A stretch of DNA of 64,000 bases from Raillietiella orientalis (Eukaryota): assembly GCA_036172245.1 (NCBI GenBank), contig JAYWIR010000023.1, forward strand, positions 2,604,001 to 2,668,000, in the 5' to 3' direction. Of the stretch, positions 12,101 through 22,900 are shown in pieces. Position 1 is the first letter of the stretch, and each line of letters starts with the position of its first letter. Under the pieces are notes generated by a model, which was given only the letters and a program-made list of their open reading frames with translations, was not told the origin of the DNA and did not search any database. The position numbers and the translations under genes are program-made.

Positions 12101-14789
12101 TCTTGCTAGCAATCCGTCAAGAATCGGTGATGAATGCCTTCTTCTGAGAGGATGCCTCTTTGCTCTACGGTTGTCATTGCCACCATTCTCATGCCTGAGG
12201 TGGTAACACCATGTAAGTTCAGAATCTACTTGGTCATTCCTATTGGTTTTTATCGCAAGGCTCAAAAAGTGAGGGTGTCATCAGCTTGCTTCTTGACCTA
12301 GTTCTACTATTTTCTTGGCCCAATGATAAGCCCTAATGTAAGCTTCATTTTCACCGAACATTCTAGTACATAACATATTTAGGAGAAGAACTATCAGCAC
12401 AATGAATTCTATTAGAAAGGAACATTTTGACAAGATGATGTGAGAGAGAATATATCTTAAAAACTCTACTGCAACGGAGGACTCATAGTTGGAATAACAG
12501 TGCCTAGTAGCTCGGCTGTTTCAGCTACTAGAACGTTTTTGTGAAGACAAGTGACGTATGCCCTAGAACATCTAGTGATAATGTGGCATCAAAAGGTGCA
12601 GAAACGGCCGGTCCACTCAGTATCAGTAAAGAAGTCTTGGTTGGTATGAGTTTATGGCGGATTCAAGAATGAGGAGGCTTATGGATGCAAAGCGGCGCTG
12701 ATTTGAGTGTCCACGAACATTTTGTGTGTGTTTATTCAGTGTGCCATAGTCCAGTGAATGTTGAGGTGTTCTCGCTTGCTGGAAAAACATTCTGTTCGTA
12801 ATTTCTAATGAAACTGAGCGCAATGCTCATCCTTCGAAACATCCTTGTTGTTTATCCAGCCACATGTCCCTCTGGATGACAGAGAGTGCCTGTTCTGAAG
12901 CAGAGATGGGCACTCTACGCTGCGCCTGCGCCTGAGATGATATTCATTCTTGTGCTGAATTTCAGTGAGAGGTGTGCGCCAATTTCGTACGCTTTTCACT
13001 CCTACCAGGCCGAAGAATTTGGGTTTCGAGGCTTTCGAAAAGCGCTCGTTCGGTTTTCTACTGAAACTCTACAGACCGATACTCTTTGTTTGCTCGAATG
13101 AGTGCACCGGCAGAAAACGTCTTCCCAATCATCACAACCACCACTTTCTAACCTTCGACTCTGAAACCGAAATGGATCTAAACTGGGAGTTGCAGAATCA
13201 CATTGGATTGTGGATTCCGTCCATAGTGAAGAAATACCTCTGAGTGGACGAAATGTCTTCTTTGGAAGGAAACCACTCGAATCATTCCCAGATGTAGATT
13301 AATGTGAACGAAACTCAGCTAGGACCGACTACTCTCTCCGCTTTGCGATCTAGCTGGCAAGTTCCTCGTGGTGAGCATGGAATGCTTTGGATCATTCTAG
13401 ATAAACACCTGATTCGACATTCCCAGGATTCTAAAAGTTTTAGGTTTCTTCCGTACTGTGCATTGCGCGTGACATCATTGTGAAAATGTGTGGTGGTCTC
13501 AGTCGAGTATCTCTTTCGCCATTTGGTGCTCTGCTTTAGGCATTTACATCCTCCACTGTTCAACAGATCATGATTTGGTGAGGCAGGTGCCTCCGCGCTA
13601 GTTTGGTTAATAGGTTTTTTTTTTTTTTTTTTTACTGCGTATTTAAGGTGAGCTTCTCCTCCCATTGGGTTGCTGTTCTCATTCCAATAAAAACAGAGGA
13701 CAAGTCCTCCAAATTCGAGTACCTTTCTGAAACATTAGAAAAGCATGATTTTATGAAGCATTGGATTTTGTGATATATCGCTATTTGCATTATTGTACAT
13801 TATTTAGGGGATTCTTTACATCAAACGAAAACCATTTTTCAAGCAACCACTCGCAGCAGCACATACTGTACGCAAGTGACGCAGCGAAGGTCGGCTCTTC
13901 GATTGCCCGAAGCAAAAGTCAACAGTTTGGGTCTACGGCTGATAGGTGAATGGAGAGAATCTTCGCGCTTTGCTGGCAGCATGGGAGGCTGAGAGACAGC
14001 GTCTGGAAAGAACGAGCGTCCCGTTCTATGTTAAACTGACAAGAAAATAAAAAACTCCTTTCAGAGACGAAACTGTCGCCATACGACGATATCCCTCAAT
14101 CCGGGTGCATCTCGAAATGTTCGTGTAAAGTCTTCATAGTCCAAGCTCATGGACTTCGCGTGTGCAGACACCCGTGGATTGCAGTTTCTCGCATGAAAGC
14201 AGAACACCCCGGGTGCTGGCAGTAACCGGTAGCGCACCCACCGAGGCTTCTCAGGATGGGTGTGCGCTCGGGTTCTCCCATTGCAGCCATCGATCTGTTG
14301 ATGGTGGAAGTTTATCCTCCTTGAGAGTCGCGAGAGGGGGGGCTGTCTGCTTCGCTTGAAAGTTAAAGTCCCGCAGACGTCGAAGAGGAGGAGGTTGGGC
14401 GAAAGTCCTCCTTGCCGAGGTGGTTGGAGAGATCGAACCCTCCGCGCGAGAAGGAGAGCTTCAGCTGGCGAGAACCACGAAGGACACCTACCGGAGTGCG
14501 AAGCGAGGTAGGATGATTCGGAAGATGCTGGAGAGATCTCTTTCATCGGATCCATAAGCCACGTCATTTACGTAATGGAATCCCACAATCAGTTGATGCG
14601 GTGGTTGCGCACCACACGCACACAAAGACGCTGCTTTCGAAAGCACGTACGCACGATGGTCCGGGAGCGCACAGAATGCCATAACGAGTTTCATGAGCAG
14701 ATGCAAAGAGCAAGGGAACTGACAAACCACAACTAGAGCTGCATCTCTGATTATGGTTTGTAGGTTTCCTCGAGTGTCGCTTCATCTCT

Positions 14790-16645
14790 CCTTGCCAGAC
14801 CCACCGAGGGGGATGGACCCCGCGCAGCTTACGCAGCTGTTGGCAAGCGATCTTTTAAAAGCGCGCTTTGTCCGACGTGAAACGCCCCTTCAATGGAAAG
14901 ACCGGCGATTCCTCCCGTCTTGTGGTTCGCGGCCACAACCCACGAAAAGCGCGCCTCTTCCGCAACACGTGCCTCTTGACTATGCACGGGCCACCGTTAG
15001 TGAATCGGGAAGCAAACATTGTGAGAGCGAGGTGTGAGATCGGGAGCCGGCTCTTGGCACCCTGGAGCTTCCTTCTTGGACAGCGCCGTCGGTCGCGGTG
15101 GCGTTCCTCGGGGAGACTTTCGATCCCTTTCGTCCTGCTGTGCCAGCGCCACGGACCACGTCCGAGGTGACAGTAAACAGGAGGGGAACCGAACGGCCGC
15201 TCCACTGTTTTGTCTCCGAAGGGAACCCGGAAAGGATCCGCTCCCGGAATTTCTTCTGCGGAGGAAACCCCCTCGAGGGAACCGCTCCTGTTCACTTCTC
15301 TGAAGAGAAATCCGAAGAAGCACTCCCAAATTTTCTCTGAAGGATCGCTCCCCGAAGACAGAAGTGCACTTCTTCACGCTCTGGGGAGGTGTCAATCCAT
15401 GGTAGGAGATGGAGACGGTTCCCCCGAGGAGAGGGACAGTCGCATTTGCACAACCGGAGAGGAACTCAGAAGGGAACCGAAGCCGTGATTCCTGGAAGGA
15501 CCCCGAGGATCAGCTTCCAATCCCGGCCAGTCAACAGAGGCATTCGGTTTCCGGCTTCCACCAGTGCCTGGTTGCAGGAAACCGTTCGCACGTGGGCGAG
15601 GATCCAGGAGCCAAGAGTGGAACAGGGACGACGTTTCCTGTACGCGCGCATCTGCACGCTCTGGGAGATCCTGAGAGATCCCGCGAAGAATGCATGGGCA
15701 AACAGAACCTCCCTCGCCGCTGCACTGCCCTCTCTTAGGGAGCATATGCGCAGCAGCCTTACGGCAAGATGGGAGGTTTCTGTAGAAATCTCCGGAAGGA
15801 GAAAAGGACTGGGCGAGTGGTCGACGGGCCAGCTCACTGACGCTGCGACCCCGAGTGCTCGGCCTCGTGGACTGTTGTTACTGGGTATTCCGGAGGAAGA
15901 CCTGCAGTGGTCCTCAGTGCTCATGAACACACGCACCCTCCCTTTAAAGTGGCAGGAGTCGGCATTGATGCTGCTGCATTGGAGCCTCCCATGCAACGCC
16001 CTCCAGCATCTGTGGACGCGGGTGTGTGTGAACCCAAACTGTGCAAGTTGCAGGGAGCGGGAATCCTTCCCGCACCTCTTGGTAGACTTTGTTGCCATCC
16101 GGCCCCTTTGGGGGCGCTTGGCCACGACCTTGGAACCCCCGGCGGCGACGCCAGAGACGTAAAGCATCTCTTTCTGAACGACGCCCTCACGCCGGTCGCA
16201 TCCCCAGCAGCACTTTGCTGCCCACGTGGCGGGATCGTGGCTGCATGGAGCAATGCCAGAGGAAGTCATAACAACAGGGATGCCATCTATTTTGCTGCCC
16301 TCTTCATAAGGACAGAGTCAAGATAGCCCCATCTGGGAGTCTTGAAACAGGAAATTGCCAGCATCCTTACAAGGATGCAGAGGACACCTTTCAGCACACA
16401 GTGATCCCTTCCCAAATTCCCCTTCCCATTTTTTGACTGTATGTTTTTTGTTTTATTTTTATTTTTTTTGCTTGTCTCCCCGTCCCTTCTGCTGCAGAGG
16501 CGAACCCACTGACTGGCCTGCGTTCCAGTTCCCGGCAGGTTCCTTCCCGTAGTTATAAGTAATGTGGCAGGATTAGATGACCTTCCACAGACGTATGTGT
16601 TTATTTTTTATAAATAAAGGCCGTGGCATGACCGGGTGTCAACTA
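14790..16645 (+). mobile_element. Degenerate L1/Tx1-like non-LTR retrotransposon: RT remnants, zf-RVT-like C-terminus and 3' UTR
   Basis: Eroded RT motifs: DVKRPFNG/DRRFL (compare DxxKAFDRV) and GRLSIPFVL..RHG.P (compare GxLSxPFxxxRGVRQGCP). LLHWSLPCN...CASCRERESFPHLLVDFVAIRPLW matches the 4719-5168 copy. The 3' UTR is homologous to 4500-4720, with AATAAA at 16613. Confidence 0.75.
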
Positions 16646-16654
16646 GTGCCACCA

Positions 16655-16810
16655 CACCCGAATGTAGGCCAACCAGCGTCATCTTGCGGGAGGAACTCGA
16701 ACCCACGGTGCACGCATTCCTCGTCGTCGATCCTTCCCGGGTGGGATTCGAAGCTGCAACGCTTGATGCCACGCGCGGAGACCATGGCCACACGGCCTCC
16801 AGCATGGGAG
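16655..16810 (-). mobile_element. tRNA-derived SINE-like element with two B-box-like motifs (copy 2)
   Basis: ccaaccagcgtcatc, tcgatccttcc and gggattcgaa blocks are shared with 2970-3120. B-box-like motifs at 16753-16744 and 16703-16693. Confidence 0.5.
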
Positions 16811-16959
16811 AGGAGTAAGGCATATTTTCTGCCCCTAGGCCACGCTTGCTGCGTGACTTGGGGACAGTCAAGCTTTCCGACGTAACGAAGGAGCCTCCAA
16901 CGGAAGTCGGATGCGCCCTCCAGGGCGAAAAGACCTTGCAAATCTTGGAAACGATCCAG

Positions 16960-17340
16960 GCTGCTTTGCGGTCATTTTCCGCTGCGCTTGCACGGCAGGA
17001 CGAAGGGGGTCGAAAGTCTTCCTCTCATGGATCGCGGCCGAGGGAAGGTTGGATCGCTCTCCAGCGGGGGGAGCACCGCCGTGTCCATGAACCGCCCGTG
17101 CCATCTGTACGACTCCTCTCGCAAGGCTTCGTCCTGGGGGGTTTCTGGAACGGGAAGCTTTGCAGCTTCCCACAAAGGAAGGGGAGCTTTGCAGTGGGCG
17201 CAATCTTTCGACCATCTTCAGCGATGCGACGGAGATCAAGATGGCCACTGCGCGGACGCTTCCCGAACAAAAAATGGTCAGCAGGGACTTCGTTCCGGAT
17301 CCTTCTCTTTCACGGAACCGATCGCTTCCCGAACACTACC
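16960..17340 (-). mobile_element. Inverted RT-region fragment of the same non-LTR family
   Basis: Minus-strand RGRLSTPFVLPC matches plus-strand GRLSIPFVLLC at ~15110. gcaggacgaagggggtcgaaagtct is a near reverse complement of ~15113-15137. Confidence 0.6.
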
Positions 17341-17929
17341 CTGGAAGCTGCTCCTGCAGGGAAGCGCCCCGCATCTCGTGCGCGCGCAGCCTTGAGGCGA
17401 CCATTGCAACTTGGTGCGTCCAAAGGGCGTGTGGCCTCCAACACAGCTCAGAGGGGAGGGAGAGAAAAGGGAGAGGGAAGCCGATGCCCCTTGAGTGCTG
17501 GAAGTAACCCTTGCAGTGCTCCCCCTTGGCCCCAAGATGGCGACGCGCGAATACGCCGTAAGCGGCGGTTCCTTTCCTGCCCGGCGCAACGACAGCACCC
17601 TCGGCGCCGGTGCGCGCGAGGAAAAAGACGCCGCGCCTTTTCGAGCAGCGGGACAGTGGCTGGAAGCATGTCAGCGTGGAGGGGGGAGAGACCAGGGAAG
17701 AAGCGGAGGGGAGGGACGGTGGGAAAAAAGGGGTGGCTGCCCGCTGTGGAGGAGCGACCGGGAAGGGAAGGAGGAGCGTTGCGCCCGATCCCGGCCTCCG
17801 CGGGGAGCGCCTCGCGCTCGAGTGGTCGCGCCACCAGGCTGGTCTGCTCCCACCCCCACGTCCTTCCCGGCGTCCCCCTTCCCCCCCACCGGTGAATCCG
17901 CGCTCGCATCTGGGAGCACCGTTTTCTGG

Positions 17930-18660
17930 GTCCTCGGAAGAAACCGACCGGAAACGAAAGTCCGGGTCACCACGGAGGACCTTGGTTTCCGCCCTCCGGG
18001 GATCGGGCAGGGGACTGGAGCGCGCCCTCGGAGGGTTCTCGCTGGGCGTCTGGAGAAATTTGGCCGCAGGAGGAGGTCACCTTGCGACTGCAGAAGGAGT
18101 GCTCGTCCGGCGAACGCCATCAATCAGATCAGCTCCGGCACGGGGCGGGGCGGGGGGGGAAGGAAGACGAGCCCATTTCTCGCGGGAGGGGGCGGACCGG
18201 TTTCCACCGGAAGGCAGCCCTCCAGGGCAAGAAAGGTGCACCTTCGGATCCGCTCGGTAGGATGCAGCGAGGGAGGAACCGCCGCCGGTCCACCCTCCCG
18301 CGGGGTTCGGGTACCCCAAGGGGCGAGCGACCCTGCCTGCACCCCTCGGCAGAAGCACTGCTGCACCCGAAGCTTCCGGGAACGCTTCCGGGAGGAGCAC
18401 CCGGAAATCCGGAGTCCCGAGGGAAAGCGGTCGGCCTCGGAGTCCCTGCCGCGCCCGCCCCTCCAGGACATTCTTCCGCCCCGAGCGTGGAGGATAGCGA
18501 AGAAGGGTCCTCACTCCCCTGCAGGGGGGAGATGATGGCGCGCCCTCCCTCCCGGACGTCCCCCGTCGGACCGGCGCCTGTCCATCCGGCTCAGGAAGCG
18601 AGGGACTCTCCTGTGGAGCACAGATTGCGTCCAGGATGTCGAAATTCCCGCGACCTTGGG
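17930..18660 (+). mobile_element. Probable further fragment of the same non-LTR family
   Basis: agggactctcctgtggagca at ~18601 matches the reverse complement of the window start (agggacttctcctgtggagca). Similarity upstream is weaker. Confidence 0.4.
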
Positions 18661-19747
18661 AAGATAATTCAGGGAGGAGCCGGCGGGGGAGAAAGGGGGA
18701 AGGGGGCGGCGCTCCGGAAGATTCCGCTCCTCCTTATGTCCTCCTCCCCCTCCTTTTCTCTCGGGAGCCGATAGACCGGTCGGGCGGGATCGGGAAGAGC
18801 CCCAGATGAAGGGGAAGAGGGGGGGGGGGAGGAGAAGGGCTGACTGACTCTTCCCGTCTCTCTTCTCGGTCATCCCGGGATGGAGGAGAAGGATGGGGAG
18901 AGCCCGGATCCGGCGCAGATGTCGCGGAGAGGAGGCGCGGAGGCTTCGGGAAGCGCGGCGGCCACGATGCCGGTTGGCGCCCCTCCGGGATCCCGTCTGG
19001 CTCCCTGCGGAGGGAAGACGGAGAAGGAAGGCTGGAAGCGTGGTTGTGGCACTCGAGACCCCTAGGGAAGGAGGAAAGGAAAAGAGAAAAGGGAAGCGAG
19101 GGATGAAGGGGCAGGGTTGGCCCCCAGCCGTGTCGTCGCCACCCCCATTTTCCCTTCGTCCATAACCGGCTCATGACCTGCCAGGCCCGCGGGTGGCAAG
19201 GCTCCAGGCGACTCCTCGGCGACCTCCCAGGCGCAGATGATTGCCTGCCAGGAGAGCAGAGTAAGGGAGGGATGGAACCGGGTGGGGGGAGGAGGAGGAG
19301 GAGGGGCTCTGATCACCTCCAACGTCTCGAGAAGGCTAGTGGGAAGGGGCACGTCCCTCCGCCCCCCGTCCCCAGGGAGGAAGCTCTGGGGCCTCCGGGG
19401 GAGAATTCGAGGGTGAGGGGAGGAAGGGGAGGGAAAGGAGGGCTCTCTTCGTCCTTCACCTTCCCTTTCTGCGTTTCCCCTCACACCCCTGAGTAGGACT
19501 CGAGAACTCCTGGCGCCTCCCCCGCTCCTGCAGCAGACGGCGGCTCCTCTTCGCCCCCTTCCTTCTCCTCCTCCTCCCCCTCCCCTTCCCGATTTCTCCC
19601 GCTGCTACACGGGAGCGGGAATGGAAGGCGGGGGAGAGTCCCACGAAAGACGACTGACCCTTCTTCGGGAGAGCGCGGCGAATCCCCGAGACGGAAGCGG
19701 CGCCGCGATTCCTCCGCCGGGGGAGCCGCGCGCGAGAGTTGCCCCGT

Positions 19748-19809
19748 CGCGCGCGCGCGCGCATAACAGCCATTTTCCCTCCTCCTCCTCCTCCTCCTCC
19801 TCCTCCTCC
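19748..19809 (+). repeat. (CG)n run, GCCATTTT (YY1-like) motif and (CCT)n microsatellite just upstream of the SLC6 start codon
   Basis: cgcgcgcgcgcgcgc, then cagccattttc, then about 10 CCT units, inside a very CpG-rich region. Confidence 0.8.
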
Positions 19810-19930
19810 TGCTCGTCCTCCCCTCCCCCTCCTCCCGCCCTCCTCCCTCCGACGATGCGGCCGCCCGCGAGCTGCCGCGACGCGCGCTCGCGACCCGCGC
19901 GCGTTCACGCGGTTGCCGCGGAGACGACGG

Positions 19931-22900
19931 ATGGTGGCGAACGCGCTCGCCGACAAGCGGGCTGCTTTCCAGGAGCAGCAGCCCCGGGAGCAGTGGTCCA
20001 ACAAGGCGCAGTTTATCCTGTCATGCATCGGGTTCGCGGTGGGGCTGGGGAACGTCTGGAGATTCCCGTACCTGTGCTACGCCAACGGGGGAGGTAAGCC
20101 GCTCCCCCTCCCTTCCCGCCCGTTTCCTCGGTGAGCGCTACCCCTGCCCCTCCCCCCCCCCCTGGACCCATTCCAGCGAGCGCACGGCGAGCAGGGAAAG
20201 AGGAGGGGGGGGAAGGGGGAGAAGCAGGCAGGCAAGATGGCAGCCGGGCGCGCTCCGCCTACTCTCCCTTCGGTCCTGCGGGACTTTCGGGAAACGCCCA
20301 TTCTTCCGCCTGATCTGGCCCTCACGCCAGCGCGCCCCACTCCCTCACCTCACCTTACGAGAAGGGCGTGACATCCAGAGGCAAGCGCGGGACTCCTCGG
20401 CGCCCCTTTCGTGATCGCGCGCAGCCCAGATCCTCCCTTTCTCACGCGGCAAGAGCCGCGAAGGGGGCGCCCCTATCCGGCCGCCTAAGAGGTTCGGGAA
20501 GAAAGAGAAGAGGGAGGCGCCCGCCTCCTGGAGTGCCCCCCTCCTCCTTGACTCTTGCACCTGCGGCACTCCCCTCGGGGGGTAAGAAAAGCGAGCGGGG
20601 CGCCTGCAGGGCTGGGGCGGTGATGGGGTCGCGACGGGAAATCCCCCCGCCGTCCCGGGTCAGGGATCCCTTCAGATTCTCGCCCCCTGCGCGCGCTCGC
20701 GACCGTGGAGGCGTGGGACCTTCCAGGTTGTCTGATACGCCGTGCCAGTCCCTCGCGGGGCCCCCAGCGGCCGCGCCTGGGGGCGTGCAACGGCCGCGGC
20801 TCCTCCGGTGCGAGCCCCCCAGGGTCGCGCGCACGCGTCCCACGTGACCCGAATGCGGAGATACCAAGGACGGAGGCGGCCTTCCGCGGAAGAGGAGAGC
20901 TCCAAGGAGCCGCGTGGGAGGACGCACGTGGCTCGGGCGTAGGGGCGAGGCGCAGAGGGCCCAAAGGAACCCCAAGGGGCACAACCTTCGCTGACGACCC
21001 CGGTCCGCAGGGATCCGAGTCCGGCCGACCACCTCCCCTTGGCGACCAGGCCGGCGGCGGAGCCTCCGCGGAAGAGAGGAGGGAGAAGGAAGAAGAGCGA
21101 GGCGAGGAAGCGTCTTCTCCCCCTCCCTCTCTCACCCTGGTCTCGGCCTCGCGGTGCATCCAGCCCGCCAAGGTTGCAGAGGGCGGAAGGGACGAGACCT
21201 CCACCGGAGCACGAAAAAGGGATCCGTCTCCTAGCGACGACTGGCAGCCGCTGAAGCGCTCGCCTCCCCCCCCCCCCCTCATCCCATCTCGCGGTTCCTA
21301 TTCAGTCGAGCCACATCTTCCAGGTGCCTTCTTCATCCCCTACTTCATCTGCATGCTATTCGGGGGCGTGCCCTTGTTCTTCCTAGAAGTTGGCCTCGGG
21401 CAGTACATGAGGGAAGGAGGCATCTCGGCCTGGAACATCTGCCCCATATTCAAAGGTAAGGTAATTCATCTGGGCAACCTCGACGCTCGGAGCAGAAGGG
21501 ATCGTGGCGCGTGCGTTCCTCGACCCGCCTGCCAGGAGGTCAGCGAAGGCCATCCTGGTGCTCGGGTGGTCTCTAGAGGGCGTCCAGCGGGCAGATCGCG
21601 AGGGCGGTCACGGGCGAGTCGCACTGCCTTCCATTGGGCAGGGAGACGCAAGCCGCAGTCCTCCCTCACAAATGCGCGTCCCCATGCCCACGAGGGGACC
21701 TCTCCGGTCCCCGCGCTGCGAGACAGAGACCTTGCTGCCTCATCGCCCTGGGCCCCCGCCTCCGAGGAGACCTCAGGGCGCGCGTGCGTGACGCTACGAC
21801 CTCTGCGAGGGGCGCCTGGCATCGCTCCTTCCTGCCTTTCGCGGACGCCTGCCACAGGTGGGCCCGGTGGTTCCGGGGGGCAGACGAAGAAACGCCCCCA
21901 GCTGCCGCGCCTCGAAGTTCCTCGGCCTTCCCAAGGAAGAAGGCGGCGCCCGCTCCCGTGTCGAGGGACCTTGACGGCGAGCCCTGCTATCCCCCCATCG
22001 CATCGAGGATGGGGGAGGTCCGTGAGAGAGGGAGTTTCTAGGCAACTCCGGATCCTTCTTCCCTCGGTGCGCTCCTGCTCAGATGCCACGAGCAGCCCCC
22101 AGCGGTACCCTTTCATCCGATTGACTCCTTTCTCTCCCCCTTCCCCCTCTCCGCCTCCCCTATCCCATCGGTTCTCCACCCCATCCCACCCCTTCCGATG
22201 TCGGCTGGGGCTCCTTTCACCTCGCTCGGCAGCCTCCACAGGATCCGAGGACCAGCTACAGAGGACCGGCGTGGAGGTCCCTCTTCGCTCCTGACGGAGT
22301 CTGAGCAGGATGCACAGCGAGTCCTTCCCCGCGGTCAGCATCCCCGCCCCACCCGGTCGGCTTGGATGCGGAGGCAGCACACCTTGCACTCGTATCTGCC
22401 GAGTCCTGTCCTTCTTCGAGGCACGTTCCCGCTGGACCACTTCGCGGCAGCCTTCAGATCCCAGGACGGACGGAGGCAGCGAGCGCGCTGACCAGGTGAC
22501 TTGCCTACAAAGTTTCCTTTTTCCCTTTTTTCATCGCGTGACCCCGTGGACTCCAGGGAGCCAGAAGACCGGGGGTAGCCGCTCACCTCCTCAGCAGCTC
22601 CCTGAGAGAAGAGCATCCAGGGAGATGCGGATCGGAGACCGCAGTCCTTCTTCCTGCGTGCCGACCGCGGGAGCTCCTCCTTCCTCATTCATCGGCGCCC
22701 AGGACATGATCCCCGGTCACACAGCAGCGCAGACTCGCGTCTATCCTCTCCATCTTGTGCTGAACCGCGACAGACCCTTCGGGTTCGCGGGTGACCTCGG
22801 CGTGTTTCGGCCATCCTAGGGACGAAGTCCGGAGGCACGGCGGTCATCGCCGAGGGGGGAGACCCTGCTGTCCTCCAGACGTGCTCTCTGGTCGCACTCT

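Noticed and set aside
11280..13250. Possible decayed BEL/Pao gag region (frameshifted C-x2-C-x3-G-like motif near 12870-12915, minus strand)
   Set aside because: It needs a frameshift to read, and no protease, RT, integrase or LTRs were recognised.
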